A DNA stretch of 64,000 bases. Source: Bacteroidota bacterium (lineage in GTDB: Bacteria; Bacteroidota; Bacteroidia; Bacteroidales; UBA10428). Under the pieces are notes generated by a model. That model did no database searches. It was not told the DNA's origin and saw nothing but the letters and a program-made list of their open reading frames with translations. Made by a program: the position numbers and the translations under genes. Below, in pieces: positions 8,749 to 18,836 of the stretch. How positions within the stretch are numbered: position 1 is the first letter of the stretch; each line of letters begins with the position of its first letter. Location: assembly GCA_016699695.1 (NCBI GenBank), contig CP065006.1:3229435-3293434 (forward strand). The letters run 5' to 3'.

Positions 8749-10746
8749 TTAAGGTTTTGAAGGTTTATAGCTGGCAGGCAACTGAGGCGAATCCATGTTT
8801 TTTTTGCTGTTCATTTCCTGCAGCGATTCGAAACTAATCCTTTCAACCTCATAGCTGGTGTTGTAATTGATAAAATTAATAGAGGTGTTGGCGAATCCCT
8901 TGTCCTGAATCAGTTTAAATTGATATTGCGATTGTGGCATATTGCCTTTTACCTGGCACACACAATTTAGAAGGCTGGGACCATATTGGCTAAAGACATC
9001 CATAAACAACAGTCCCGATTCGTAACCGAGAAAGGTAAAATTGTATGGAATATTTGAATTGAGCACTTGTTGTGGTTCGTAGCCAAGAGTTTTGCGGCAA
9101 TTTTTTATAAATGATTGCGTATGCAGGTTTTTATAATCGATAAAAAATGGAGAATAAATAACTGTGTTTAACTGATGTAAAAGTTCGATACGCAAGTTTT
9201 CAAAGGTCAACCATTCTGGAATACCGATAACATCTATATCCATTCCCCGGCTTTGATAAATGTTCAAAATACCTATCAGGTTGCTCACATTGGCTTCACG
9301 GTTCGATAGAATAACCACAATATTCCCCTTTGTTGATACAAGTTCTTTCCTTAAACCTTTTTCAAGAGTATCATTAATCGCTATTTCTTTATAGTCGATG
9401 GTTTCGTAAAAGCCACGGGCCAGTGAATAAGCAAAAATGTTTTCTTTCAACTCTTTCACCTGCAAGCTATCTGCAGATAGTTGATGATGCAGAATGATAA
9501 TTTTTTTCTCTTTAAATTGTGAAAGGTAATCGGCACAGTTTTCAATTTCCGATTTCCGGTCTGGGATCATATACAGGCTAAATGGGCTGGTCCGGATGTT
9601 GTTGTCGCTTACCTTATAGAACGGAAGCACAAGAGGTATTTTATTGGTTTCGGAATATTCCGATACAAGTTTAACGTTCTCACTGATCAACGGGCCAAAG
9701 ATTATTTCTGGTTTTATGATATCGAGTTCGGTAAGTATACTTTTTACTCTTTGTGTATCCGATTTGGTATCGTAGGTGAAGATGCTCACGGAAACACCTT
9801 TTCTTTTTAAGGAATCGACCGCTAAAAGAAAACCTTGATAATACTCGCTGGCACCATTGCTTCGGGCTTTAAACCGATAGGAGGGGTTTTTTCGCTTTAA
9901 AGAATCGGCAGGCTCAGATTCAAGGGCGATCATTTCCTCGGCATGAAAGGGCAACAAGAGGGCTATTTTTATAGTTTTAACTTTGGAGGCTTTTTGGATG
10001 GAGTCGCAAACCGGACTCTTGTATTGCCTGATAGAATGATCAACTAACAGGCTGCTGTCAGGCTCAGCCATAGCAATAAGACTGTCGGCAGACGAAATAT
10101 AGATGACCATGCCCGGTTTTAAACCCCAACGTAGGGCTGGGTTAATTTTTACCAATTCATCCATTTCAATCTCAAAACGTTGGGCAATCAGAAACAAACT
10201 ATCCCCGTCCTGAACCAAATATTGATTGCTACCTATAGTGGGTAGAGTACTGGAAGTAATTACATTCCTGGTTATTGGTATTTTTAATACCTGATTGATC
10301 TGAATACTGGTTTCACTCCCCGGATTATGGAGATAGATTGCTTCTTTCGAAACCCCATAATTCTTTGCAATGGTATGTACGGTTTCTTTTTTGCTTACCC
10401 TGTGGTAGAGAAAATTACTATCTGCCGGAATTGTTTGCGGAGCTGTAGCTTCGCTTTTCATAGTAGTTGTTTGATCAGGAATGCGCAAAACCTGTCCGGT
10501 GGATAGTACATCCAGGTTTGCTTCGGGGTTGGCTGTTTTTATGAGTTGAATATCGGTTTCGTATGCCTTACTGATCGAATAGAGGGTTTGTCCGGCCTTT
10601 ACTGTATGCATATAATAAACTTTGCCTTGCAGCAAAATCTTTTCGTTCGATTTTTCAACAGGGGCTGGCTGGAACTGTGCATGTGCAGTTTCAGGCTGGA
10701 GAAAAAATGACAGGACACTTAGAATGATCAGGAAAAGGTACCTCAT
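8749..10746 (-). CDS. exported LysM-repeat protein fused to a periplasmic-binding-protein-like domain
   Basis: 665-aa ORF with a signal peptide and three LysM-like repeats (HTVKAGQTLYSISKAY...GQVLRIP; HRVSKKETVHTIAKNY...NQVLKIP; YLVQDGDSLFLIAQRF...PGMVIYI). A roughly 400-aa type-1 PBP-like C-terminal region follows. Confidence 0.7.
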   Translation of the reverse strand: MRYLFLIILSVLSFFLQPETAHAQFQPAPVEKSNEKILLQGKVYYMHTVKAGQTLYSISKAYETDIQLIKTANPEANLDVLSTGQVLRIPDQTTTMKSEATAPQTIPADSNFLYHRVSKKETVHTIAKNYGVSKEAIYLHNPGSETSIQINQVLKIPITRNVITSSTLPTIGSNQYLVQDGDSLFLIAQRFEIEMDELVKINPALRWGLKPGMVIYISSADSLIAMAEPDSSLLVDHSIRQYKSPVCDSIQKASKVKTIKIALLLPFHAEEMIALESEPADSLKRKNPSYRFKARSNGASEYYQGFLLAVDSLKRKGVSVSIFTYDTKSDTQRVKSILTELDIIKPEIIFGPLISENVKLVSEYSETNKIPLVLPFYKVSDNNIRTSPFSLYMIPDRKSEIENCADYLSQFKEKKIIILHHQLSADSLQVKELKENIFAYSLARGFYETIDYKEIAINDTLEKGLRKELVSTKGNIVVILSNREANVSNLIGILNIYQSRGMDIDVIGIPEWLTFENLRIELLHQLNTVIYSPFFIDYKNLHTQSFIKNCRKTLGYEPQQVLNSNIPYNFTFLGYESGLLFMDVFSQYGPSLLNCVCQVKGNMPQSQYQFKLIQDKGFANTSINFINYNTSYEVERISFESLQEMNSKKNMDSPQLPASYKPSKP

Positions 10747-10850
10747 GAAACAAGTTTTTACGGAGTCGAAGTTAACATTTACACCATGATAAACGATGGA
10801 TTGATAAATGGCTTTTATTTTTCTGAACTATGCTTTGAAACTATTAAAAG

Positions 10851-10889
10851 TGGCATCCGGGTTTGGGTTTTTAACTCCTCCGGATGCCA
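10851..10889 (-). terminator. candidate terminator hairpin downstream of purC
   Basis: A 10-bp stem pairs tggcatccgg (10851..10860) with ccggatgcca (10880..10889). On the minus strand it is followed by CTTTT. The loop is long (about 19 nt), so confidence is modest. Confidence 0.4.
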
Positions 10890-10915
10890 TATTTTCTTAA
10901 TTCAATACCAATTTA

Positions 10916-11863
10916 TTATTTCGATTTTAACAAAAAGTTATTCACGTTCTGGTTAATCCTTTTTTCGAGTTGCGACAAATCGGCCCGTTCAAATTCATCT
11001 CCTGTTATGTTTTCGTAGAGCTCGATGTAACGTTCGCTGACTTGTTCAACAAATTCTTGGTTCATCTCAGGTACTTTTTGTCCTTCTTTTCCTTGAAAAC
11101 CATTGCTGATAAGCCATTCTCGCACAAATTCTTTGGAAAGCTGCTTCTGGGGCTCATTTTTCTTGAGGCGAATTTCATACCCCTCTTTGTAAAAATAACG
11201 AGATGAGTCGGGTGTATGAATTTCGTCAATCAGATAGATTTTGCCATCTTTTTTACCAAATTCATATTTGGTGTCGACCAGAATCAGGCCCATTTGTGCG
11301 GCCATTTCTGTACCACGGGCAAAAAGTTTTTGGGTATAATCTTCCATGAGCAGGTAATCGGCTTCGCTTACAAGCCCGCTTGAAATAATATCTTCTTTCG
11401 AAATGTCTTCGTCATGCCCCTCTGATGCTTTGGTGGTGGGAGTTACAATGGGGTGAGGAAATTTCTGGTGCTCTTTCAAACCTTCGGGTAGGGGAACACC
11501 GCAAAGACTTCTTTTGCCCGCTTTGTATTCGCGCCAGGCATGCCCTGTCAGGTAACCTCTTATCACCATCTCTACTTTATAAGGCTCTGCAAAATGACCG
11601 ATGGTCACCATAGGGTCGGGGGTGGCTATTTTCCAGTTCGGAACAATATCTTGTGTGGCATCCAGAAATTTCGAGGCAATCTGGTTTAAAACCTGACCTT
11701 TGTAGGGTATTCCTTCTGGCAATACCACATCAAATGCCGAAATGCGGTCGGTTACTACCATCACCAAATACTGGTCGCGGATGTTGTAGACATCGCGTAC
11801 TTTTCCGTGGTAAACACTTTTTTGACCCGGAAAACTGAAGTTAGTGTTGCTTAATGCCTGCAT
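10916..11863 (-). CDS. purC: phosphoribosylaminoimidazole-succinocarboxamide (SAICAR) synthase
   Basis: 315-aa ORF with [20 protein letters not shown] and [12 protein letters not shown] motifs of the long-form PurC. Confidence 0.9.
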   Translation of the reverse strand: MQALSNTNFSFPGQKSVYHGKVRDVYNIRDQYLVMVVTDRISAFDVVLPEGIPYKGQVLNQIASKFLDATQDIVPNWKIATPDPMVTIGHFAEPYKVEMVIRGYLTGHAWREYKAGKRSLCGVPLPEGLKEHQKFPHPIVTPTTKASEGHDEDISKEDIISSGLVSEADYLLMEDYTQKLFARGTEMAAQMGLILVDTKYEFGKKDGKIYLIDEIHTPDSSRYFYKEGYEIRLKKNEPQKQLSKEFVREWLISNGFQGKEGQKVPEMNQEFVEQVSERYIELYENITGDEFERADLSQLEKRINQNVNNFLLKSK

Positions 11864-11864
11864 A

Positions 11865-12830
11865 TTAATTTGTATTTATGGATTGTTTATCGGATTTATC
11901 ATAAGCTTCTATGATCTTCTTCACCAGTTTATGCCTTACTACATCGCGTACATCGAAATGGATAATGGCAATATCCGTAAGGTCCTTTAAAATTTCAAGC
12001 GCTCTTATCAGTCCGGAAGCACTTTTGCGGGGAAGGTCAATTTGAGTGGTATCGCCGGTAACAATGAATTTGGCGTTTTTACCCATGCGCGTTAAAAACA
12101 TTTTCATTTGGTTGAGAGTGGTATTCTGACCCTCATCGAGAATAACAAATGCATAATCAAGCGTTCGTCCGCGCATAAAGGCGAGAGGAGCTATTTCAAT
12201 GGTGCCGTCTTCGATATAGCTTTGCAGTTTTTTTGCCGGAATCATGTCGCGCAGTGCATCGTAAAGGGGTTGAAGATAGGGGTCGAGCTTCTCTTTCAGG
12301 TCGCCGGGTAAAAAACCAAGGTTTTCTCCTGCTTCCACGGCAGGCCGTGTTAAGATAATGCGTTTTACTTCTTTGTTGCGCAAAGCCCTCACTGCCAGAG
12401 CAATGGCGGTATATGTTTTTCCTGTACCGGCAGGCCCCAGGGCAAACAACAAATCGTTCGAATCGTACTCCTTTACAAGTGCCAACTGATTAATGGTTTT
12501 GGCTTTTATTATCTTGCCATGGTTGCCATAAAGTAAAATTCCGTCTGGATTTGGGGTTTCTCCTGTCCAAAGGGGTTCATCGCCAGAAAATACCTGTTCG
12601 ATGTCCGAAGCATTAATTTGGTTATAGCGGTGGAAATGGTTTATCAGTAGATCAATTTTCTTTTCAAAATTTCTGATCTCCGATTCTTCGCCAATAGTTA
12701 TCATCTCATTACCGCGGGCAACAATCTTAATTTTCGGAAAATAGGAAACAATCTTATCGAGCAGAACATTGTTGGTACCATAGAGATGAAGCGGGTCGAT
12801 TCCCTCTAAATATATCGACTTTTCTATCAT
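11865..12830 (-). CDS. phoH: PhoH-family ATPase
   Basis: 321-aa ORF with Walker [17 protein letters not shown] and Walker [10 protein letters not shown], plus the PhoH signature [10 protein letters not shown]. Confidence 0.9.
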   Translation of the reverse strand: MIEKSIYLEGIDPLHLYGTNNVLLDKIVSYFPKIKIVARGNEMITIGEESEIRNFEKKIDLLINHFHRYNQINASDIEQVFSGDEPLWTGETPNPDGILLYGNHGKIIKAKTINQLALVKEYDSNDLLFALGPAGTGKTYTAIALAVRALRNKEVKRIILTRPAVEAGENLGFLPGDLKEKLDPYLQPLYDALRDMIPAKKLQSYIEDGTIEIAPLAFMRGRTLDYAFVILDEGQNTTLNQMKMFLTRMGKNAKFIVTGDTTQIDLPRKSASGLIRALEILKDLTDIAIIHFDVRDVVRHKLVKKIIEAYDKSDKQSINTN

Positions 12831-12851
12831 AAATTATTGGCCAAGAATACT

Positions 12852-12859
12852 TACATTTG
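12852..12859 (+). promoter_or_regulatory. Bacteroidota sigma-A -7 box (TAnnTTTG)
   Basis: TACATTTG lies 62 nt upstream of the ATG at 12922. Confidence 0.4.
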
Positions 12860-12921
12860 AAGCCTGCAAAGTAACTCAAATTTTCAAGAAATTCAATTAA
12901 AAACAAGTGTAGAGTAGTTTC

Positions 12922-13737
12922 ATGGCCCTAATAACTCTTACAACCGATTGGCGCAAAAGCGACTATTACATAGGTGCTATAAAAGGAAAAATTCTCAGCC
13001 ATGATGCATCAACGGTTGTTGTCGATATTAACCACTTGGTGGCTCCTTATAACATGATGCAGGCAGCTTTTATTCTTCGAAACTGCTTCCACTATTTTCC
13101 TTCGGGAACGGTGCACATTGTTGGAGTAAACCCTGTGCTTTCGCGGAAAAATTCTCTGCTTATACTCGAAAAAGAAGGACATTTTTTTTTGTCTTCCGAT
13201 ACTGGTTTTCCAGGCCTGATTTTTCCTGAGCAGAATGTGAAGGTTTATCGGTTGAACCTGTCAAAAACGCCAGTGCATAGCCTGGAAAGTCTTGATTTTT
13301 TTGTGGAAACTGCATTTAGATTGATTACCGGCGAAGCACCCGCTGATTTTGCAGAAGAAACTTCGAAATATGTATTGCAATTGCCCTTAAAACCAGTAAT
13401 CGACAATAATCTTATCAATGGCAATGTGGTCTACATCGATTCTTATTCAAATGCCATTACCAACATTACACGCGAAACTTTTAACCGTGTTGGTAATGGA
13501 ATGGATTTTAAAATTTATGTCCAAAGCAACCATTATGTTATCGATAAAATAAGTCATTCATATCAGGAAGTAGCCAGTGGTGAATTGCTTGCTTTGTTTA
13601 ATTCTGCAGATGTTCTGGAAATTGCCATTTCCAATGCTCCTGCCGCTGAGCTGCTTAATCTTGACGTAAATTCAACTATTAGGGTTAAGTTTGCCCATGC
13701 CAATCAGTCGAATAAACTTTTATTAAGCGGAGAATAA
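12922..13737 (+). CDS. SAM hydrolase / SAM-dependent halogenase family protein (DUF62)
   Basis: 271-aa ORF. The N-terminus ITLTTDWRKSDYYIGAIKGKILS and the overall length fit the S-adenosyl-L-methionine hydroxide adenosyltransferase (DUF62) family. Confidence 0.7.
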   Translation: MALITLTTDWRKSDYYIGAIKGKILSHDASTVVVDINHLVAPYNMMQAAFILRNCFHYFPSGTVHIVGVNPVLSRKNSLLILEKEGHFFLSSDTGFPGLIFPEQNVKVYRLNLSKTPVHSLESLDFFVETAFRLITGEAPADFAEETSKYVLQLPLKPVIDNNLINGNVVYIDSYSNAITNITRETFNRVGNGMDFKIYVQSNHYVIDKISHSYQEVASGELLALFNSADVLEIAISNAPAAELLNLDVNSTIRVKFAHANQSNKLLLSGE

Positions 13738-13743
13738 AACTTT

Positions 13744-14520
13744 ATGGAAGAAAAATTAGAATCGTTCAGAAAATTGCTCGAAATAATGGACGACCTGCGT
13801 GTCAAATGTCCATGGGATAGGGAGCAAACCATGGAGAGTATACGCAACCTTACCATAGAAGAAACTTATGAACTGGCCGATGCAATTTTGCAGGGTGATT
13901 ATCAGCACATAAAAAAGGAGTTGGGCGATTTGCTTTTGCATATTGTGTTTTATTCGAAAATAGCCTCTGAAACGGATAAATTCGACATTAAAGATGTCAT
14001 CGATTCATTGTGTCAGAAGCTAATCTTCAGGCATCCTCATGTGTTTGGCGATGTCGATGTGCAGAACGACAGTCGCCGGGTGGTAGAAAATTGGGAAGAA
14101 CTTAAACAAAAAGAAGGAAATAAATCTGTCCTGAGCGGAGTTCCGGGCAATCTTCCTGCTTTAATAAAAGCCAACCGTATTCAGGAAAAAGTACGCGCCG
14201 TTGGTTTCGATTGGGAAAAACGTGAGCAAATATGGGAAAAGGTTCACGAAGAATTGAACGAGCTGATGGCTGAGATTAAGGTCAATAATCAGGAAAATAT
14301 TGAAAAGGAATTTGGCGATTTACTTTTTTCGGTAGTAAACGCTGCCAGACTTTACAAAGTCGATCCCGAAACAGCTCTCGAACGCACCAACCTGAAGTTT
14401 ATGGACCGCTTTAATTACCTCGAACAACATACCATTAAAAAGGGTCGTTCTTTAAAGAAAATGTCGCTTGACGAAATGAACCTTATTTGGGAAGATGCTA
14501 AAAAGTATGATAAGCAGTAG
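13744..14520 (+). CDS. mazG: nucleoside triphosphate pyrophosphohydrolase MazG
   Basis: 258-aa ORF with tandem MazG domains carrying EETYELADAI / ELGDLLLHIVF and EELNELMAEI / EFGDLLFSVVN motifs. Confidence 0.9.
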   Translation: MEEKLESFRKLLEIMDDLRVKCPWDREQTMESIRNLTIEETYELADAILQGDYQHIKKELGDLLLHIVFYSKIASETDKFDIKDVIDSLCQKLIFRHPHVFGDVDVQNDSRRVVENWEELKQKEGNKSVLSGVPGNLPALIKANRIQEKVRAVGFDWEKREQIWEKVHEELNELMAEIKVNNQENIEKEFGDLLFSVVNAARLYKVDPETALERTNLKFMDRFNYLEQHTIKKGRSLKKMSLDEMNLIWEDAKKYDKQ

Positions 14521-14610
14521 TTTTCAAAGCTTGCAATGCCTTAAATAAAATGTTCAGTTGTTTTGTTACAAGAAAACGCCAATATAAAAATTCAGAAATA
14601 TTCTAATTGA

Positions 14611-15126
14611 ATGAAAAAAAATCTTCTATCCATTGCATTCCTGGCTATTATGTTGTTTCCACTTCAAGCCCAGATAATTCAATCGAAACTCGATTTTGTC
14701 GCTGGCCTTAGTGCCCGCGAATACTTTCATGCAGGGTTTCGCTATCAATATTCCGATATAACTCAGCTGGGAATTTCGATAGGCAGCGACCTGGAGTTAC
14801 GCACCGAAAAAATTACTACTTATAGCATCGATCACATGATCCATTTCGGCACATTGTCCATGTATACCAACAGGCCAGCTTGGTATGCCCGCCAGGGATT
14901 TACGTATTCAGTCAACCTTGAAACTGTCGATAGAACCAGAAAATTTTCTTACCTGAATTTTTCACTCGGCCGCGAATTTGCAGTGAATACCTGGCTAGGT
15001 TTTAATGCCGATATGGGCATAATCTGGCAGGTAAAATCGTTAACAATAGAGAACCAGGCAGAAATTCACGACAATCTGAGGTACATTATGCCCCTTGCAC
15101 GAGTACAGGCTTTTATATCTTTTTAA
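14611..15126 (+). CDS. hypothetical outer-membrane beta-barrel-like protein
   Basis: 171-aa ORF with a signal peptide (MKKNLLSIAFLAIMLFPLQAQ), alternating aromatic/hydrophobic beta-strand pattern and a C-terminal F. Confidence 0.55.
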   Translation: MKKNLLSIAFLAIMLFPLQAQIIQSKLDFVAGLSAREYFHAGFRYQYSDITQLGISIGSDLELRTEKITTYSIDHMIHFGTLSMYTNRPAWYARQGFTYSVNLETVDRTRKFSYLNFSLGREFAVNTWLGFNADMGIIWQVKSLTIENQAEIHDNLRYIMPLARVQAFISF

Positions 15127-15189
15127 CTTTTTTTTAAATACTTGCAAACCATTATTGTAGTATTTTCGTTTTAGAATAAAAACTTGTAT

Positions 15190-15555
15190 ATGAAAAGTTT
15201 CGTTTTTATCAGCCTTGCTTCTATTATGCTACTTTCATTCAGTAGCCCGAATGCTTCGATTGAGTGGGGTTTTACAGAATACAATTTCGGTATGATTGAT
15301 CGAAATAAGCCTGTTACTGTTGAATTTACCTTTAAAAATCCTGGAATGATTCCATTGGTAATTCTTGATGTCAAATCATCCTGTGGATGTACTGTTCCTG
15401 AATATCCCAAACAGCCTCTTGCGCCTGGTGCTGAAGGTAAAATTGTAGTAACCTACGATGCCAAGTTATCGGGATATTTCAGCAAAACAGTCACTGTGCA
15501 AACCAATACATCTGAGGGTATCACACAACTTTATATAAAGGGCGAAGTCAATTAA
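15190..15555 (+). CDS. DUF1573 domain protein
   Basis: It has a signal peptide followed by FGMIDRNKPVTVEFTFKNPGMIPLVILDVKSSCGCTVPEYPKQPLAPGAEGKIVV, the DUF1573 pattern with the SCGCT motif. The ATG at 15190 is preferred over the TTG at 15184 in the track. Confidence 0.8.
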   Translation: MKSFVFISLASIMLLSFSSPNASIEWGFTEYNFGMIDRNKPVTVEFTFKNPGMIPLVILDVKSSCGCTVPEYPKQPLAPGAEGKIVVTYDAKLSGYFSKTVTVQTNTSEGITQLYIKGEVN

Positions 15556-15575
15556 TTGCCTTGGTATTCAATAAA

Positions 15576-15612
15576 AAGACCGTTTCAAAAGTTACAACTT
15601 GAAACGGTCTTT
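15576..15612. terminator. bidirectional rho-independent terminator between convergent genes
   Basis: A 13-bp stem pairs aagaccgtttcaa with ttgaaacggtctt. An A-run lies on the left and a T-run (ttttttttt) on the right. Confidence 0.85.
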
Positions 15613-15630
15613 TTTTTTTGTAAAATCATC

Positions 15631-16134
15631 TTATTTCTTTTTCGCAGGGGCCTTTTTGACTGCAGAAGGTTTTTTTGGTTTTTCCTTCTCTACAATCTCT
15701 GCAACTGGTTCTTCAGGAGTTTCATCTTTTGGGTTTTCTTCCGGTGTTTCATTCGGATCAAAAAGATTCAATTCAATTAAAGTATTGTACCAGCTTATCA
15801 CTTTCTTAATATCCGAAACATAAACCCTGTCGGCATCGTAATCGGGTATGACTTCTTCGAAGCGTTTTTTTAATTTATCGTTGGCTTGTTTAGCTTCGAT
15901 GGTTTGTTTTCCTTCTTCTTTTTCGTAGAATTTTTTAAAAACTTCGCGCAAAGGCAGGTCTTCAGTTGTTGTATAAATGGCAATATCTTCAAGGGAACTT
16001 ACCTTGGTTGCCGCACTCACAGCCATGCGCTTTTTTGTGATAAAACTCTCTACAATAATTCCATTTCTTCCTTGAGAAATGAATTGGTATAATCCGGGTT
16101 TACCAGAAATCGATAATATATCTTTTAACTTCAT
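15631..16134 (-). CDS. conserved Bacteroidota protein (DUF5606-like) with a Lys/Pro/Glu-rich tail
   Basis: 167-aa ORF. The N-terminus MKLKDILSISGKPGLYQFISQGRNGIIVES resembles a conserved family seen next to nusB. The C-terminus PEEPVAEIVEKEKPKKPSAVKKAPAKKK is histone-H1-like low complexity. The family name is from memory. Confidence 0.55.
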   Translation of the reverse strand: MKLKDILSISGKPGLYQFISQGRNGIIVESFITKKRMAVSAATKVSSLEDIAIYTTTEDLPLREVFKKFYEKEEGKQTIEAKQANDKLKKRFEEVIPDYDADRVYVSDIKKVISWYNTLIELNLFDPNETPEENPKDETPEEPVAEIVEKEKPKKPSAVKKAPAKKK

Positions 16135-16154
16135 AAAACGTTTATTTCAGTTTG

Positions 16155-16162
16155 CAAAATTA
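16155..16162 (-). promoter_or_regulatory. Bacteroidota sigma-A -7 box (TAnnTTTG)
   Basis: The minus strand reads TAATTTTG, 20 nt upstream of the start at 16134. Confidence 0.5.
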
Positions 16163-16198
16163 CAATTATGAATGAATGTAAAAAATGTTGTTTGCGTA

Positions 16199-17152
16199 TT
16201 ATAGATCACCAATTAAGCCTCGTCCGGTTTTATGTATCTGATTGTTTTCTCTGAAATGCTGAATGATTTTATCGAGTAAACCATTGATAAAGACATTGCT
16301 TCGGTTTGTGCTGTAATATTTCGATAATTCGATGTATTCGTTAAATGTTACTTTAACCGGAATACTTTCGAAATCGAGTACCTCAATAATGGCCATATTA
16401 ATTAGAAGTATATCCATAAAAGCAATGCGTTCGAGTTCCCAGTTTTTTGAATAACTCTGGATAAGCCCCTCGTATTTCTCTTTTTTGAGAATTACTTTTC
16501 TGAAAAGGTTCTTTGTGAATTCCTCATCATCGGTACTTTTATAAAGAGGTAAAAGTGGCTGATCGGGGTCGCTCTGTTCTTTGAACTTTTTAATCGTTTT
16601 TAGAATGGCACTGATAATAAATTCAACTTCATCGTTCCAATAGATGCTCTGCTCTTCCAATTCGGCAAATAGTGGTTCGTACACAGAAATAATCTGGCTG
16701 TAAAGGGCAGTTATAAAATTTTTGTCGTTTTTATATGAATCTTCCTCTGAGCTCATATATTGCTGATAGAGCTTGCTGGCCAGTATTTCGTCGAGTAAAG
16801 ATTTGATCAGTTCGGGTTGGTTCACCCAGGAAACTTTCTTTAATTCGAGATACCTTAAAAGCTGATTGTTGGTGCGTAAATCCTGTATAACCCGATTTTG
16901 AATAAATCTGAAATTAGGATTTAAGTCGGAAGGAGAGGGAAGTTTTTTCTTTTGGGCTAATTCCAACCTTTTTTCGGCCAGTTTTGCAAGTTCAACAGGA
17001 AGTATAAGCAGGTAATGATACAAATCGTAAGCCTTGTTAATGCTGAAAAAAAGCTCTTTTTCAACCTGATTTATAGAGGCCGTGCCTGAATTTTTGTAAA
17101 AGGCATAAAGAGCCTGCATGACTTTGATCCGAAGTATTCTTCTGCTTATCAT
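16199..17152 (-). CDS. nusB: transcription antitermination factor NusB (long Bacteroidota form)
   Basis: 317-aa ORF. The N-terminal RRILRIKVMQALYAF and the C-terminal NusB fold motif (ERIAFMDILLINMAIIEV...VFINGLLDKI) support the call. Confidence 0.85.
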   Translation of the reverse strand: MISRRILRIKVMQALYAFYKNSGTASINQVEKELFFSINKAYDLYHYLLILPVELAKLAEKRLELAQKKKLPSPSDLNPNFRFIQNRVIQDLRTNNQLLRYLELKKVSWVNQPELIKSLLDEILASKLYQQYMSSEEDSYKNDKNFITALYSQIISVYEPLFAELEEQSIYWNDEVEFIISAILKTIKKFKEQSDPDQPLLPLYKSTDDEEFTKNLFRKVILKKEKYEGLIQSYSKNWELERIAFMDILLINMAIIEVLDFESIPVKVTFNEYIELSKYYSTNRSNVFINGLLDKIIQHFRENNQIHKTGRGLIGDL

Positions 17153-17326
17153 CGTTTAAAAGAACCTGTTGTATAATTATTTGTGCCTGCAAAATAAACG
17201 TTTTTTTTTGTAAAAACATAATCTGCTTCAAGCCTTGATCTTTTTATTACGAAGTTGCAAGGATTATTAAAGGTAAAATAAGGTTATATTAATACACAAT
17301 CGATTAGGACTTCTAAAAATATTTTT

Positions 17327-17334
17327 TATTTTTG
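17327..17334 (+). promoter_or_regulatory. Bacteroidota sigma-A -7 box (TAnnTTTG)
   Basis: TATTTTTG lies 30 nt upstream of the ATG at 17365. Confidence 0.5.
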
Positions 17335-17364
17335 ACTACCATCAACCTGATAATACATTGAATA

Positions 17365-17766
17365 ATGGCAGAAGACAAAGATTTTGTTTTACCAGAAAGC
17401 GACTCTGAGCGGGATGAAGTTTTCTCCAAATCGGTAAGGGCTGGAAAGCGTACTTACTTCTTCGATGTGAAAGCAACCCGTAGAAATGAGTATTACATTA
17501 CCGTTACTGAAAGCAAAAAACGTTTTCATGACGATGGAAGGTTCTATTTCGAAAAGCATAAGATCTTCCTTTACAAGGAAGATTTTGAAAAGTTTAAGGA
17601 TGGTCTGGATGAAGTTTTGCAATTCATTCAAAATGCTGGCTACAATTCACTTTCTGAGCATGAAGCGATCAATGAACTTCAACCCGATGTTAATCAAGAC
17701 TATTTAAACATTAATTTTGAAGATTTAGAACTGGAAGTTTCTGCCGAACAAAAAACAGCGGAATAA
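17365..17766 (+). CDS. PUR-alpha-like nucleic-acid-binding protein (DUF3276)
   Basis: 133-aa ORF. VFSKSVRAGKRTYFFDVKATRRNEYYITVTESKKRF...KIFLYKEDFEKF matches the PUR repeat pattern of DUF3276 proteins. Confidence 0.75.
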   Translation: MAEDKDFVLPESDSERDEVFSKSVRAGKRTYFFDVKATRRNEYYITVTESKKRFHDDGRFYFEKHKIFLYKEDFEKFKDGLDEVLQFIQNAGYNSLSEHEAINELQPDVNQDYLNINFEDLELEVSAEQKTAE

Positions 17767-17794
17767 TGTTTCTAACTTCTTCTTCAATGCCTGT

Positions 17795-18085
17795 TTAGTA
17801 TTTTTCCATTTTATCTTCGATAAAAACATCCTTGTTTTTTGCTATTTGCATCTTTACATTGGCAAAAATACTTTCAGCACCCTCTTGCATGCATGTAATG
17901 TGCACTTGCTTAATCACTTCCATTATTTTGTCATACGGACCTTCCATGACTGTTTCAAACGGGCATACCTGGTATTTTAGTCCGGAGGCTTGGATGACTG
18001 CAATTGCCTTGTCAACAATTTCATAAGGATGAACTGAAGAAGAGGTTGGAAGAATTTGAAGAGAAATGTTTACAAAGTGGTTCAT
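17795..18085 (-). CDS. MTH1187/YkoF-family (UPF0045) thiamine-binding-like protein
   Basis: 96-aa ORF. VNISLQILPTSSSVHPYEIVDKAIAVIQASGLKYQVCPFETVMEG is the typical ferredoxin-like UPF0045 pattern. Confidence 0.75.
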   Translation of the reverse strand: MNHFVNISLQILPTSSSVHPYEIVDKAIAVIQASGLKYQVCPFETVMEGPYDKIMEVIKQVHITCMQEGAESIFANVKMQIAKNKDVFIEDKMEKY

Positions 18086-18107
18086 ACCGAAAAAGATTTC
18101 GGCAAAA

Positions 18108-18836
18108 CTAATAAATGTTGTTAAGAATTAACATCTCTCTGATTTCTTTGTTGCTAAGTGCTTTTACATTAGTAACAATAAAATCGTTGTAGAGAAAATT
18201 TCCAAGTTGGTTGCATTCGCAAATTATGGATTTAAACAACTGCTGAAGCGGGATATTAAGCGGGATTAAGCAAAGGAGAGAGGCAAATTCCCCTTCAAAA
18301 ACTGAATCTTCAAGTTCAGCATTGTATTGCGAGAGAGCATAATTCACTTCTTTATGAATAATCAACTGTTGAATTGGATCAAGACTTTTACCATAAGGAG
18401 TAAAAAGCACAATGAAATAGCGAAGTTTAAGGCCTTTTCCTCCTAAAGCACTTGTTATTAATACTTTACTTTCGTTGAGTAAATCACTCTCTAGGTGTAA
18501 ACGGCTTTGTTGCAAGGCCAGGCAAGCCCAGTGATACAGTTTAATATTGGGTTGTTTCGAATATTTTTCTATTGTTCTATAGGCCTCAATACTGCTAATC
18601 GAGGCTAACTCGATAAGTTTACGCTTTTTTTTGTCCAATGACATTTCGAGGTCAAAGAGATTGTCTTTGTCCCGCAGAATTTCTTCTTCCGATTTGAATT
18701 TGCTTATTTTCCTCGAACACTCGAAATATTCCATCTGAAGGTCTGAGTCGATGTTTTCTTCCAGAATGCTGATGTCCATTTGATCCATTCCCAGGAAATC
18801 ATGCAGGTGGTCATATATGTTTTCATGCGTGCTCAC
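18108..18836 (-). CDS. hypothetical protein
   Basis: 242-aa uninterrupted ORF lying 22 nt upstream of the YkoF-like gene on the same strand. It has no signal peptide and I recognised no motif. Confidence 0.5.
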   Translation of the reverse strand: MSTHENIYDHLHDFLGMDQMDISILEENIDSDLQMEYFECSRKISKFKSEEEILRDKDNLFDLEMSLDKKKRKLIELASISSIEAYRTIEKYSKQPNIKLYHWACLALQQSRLHLESDLLNESKVLITSALGGKGLKLRYFIVLFTPYGKSLDPIQQLIIHKEVNYALSQYNAELEDSVFEGEFASLLCLIPLNIPLQQLFKSIICECNQLGNFLYNDFIVTNVKALSNKEIREMLILNNIY

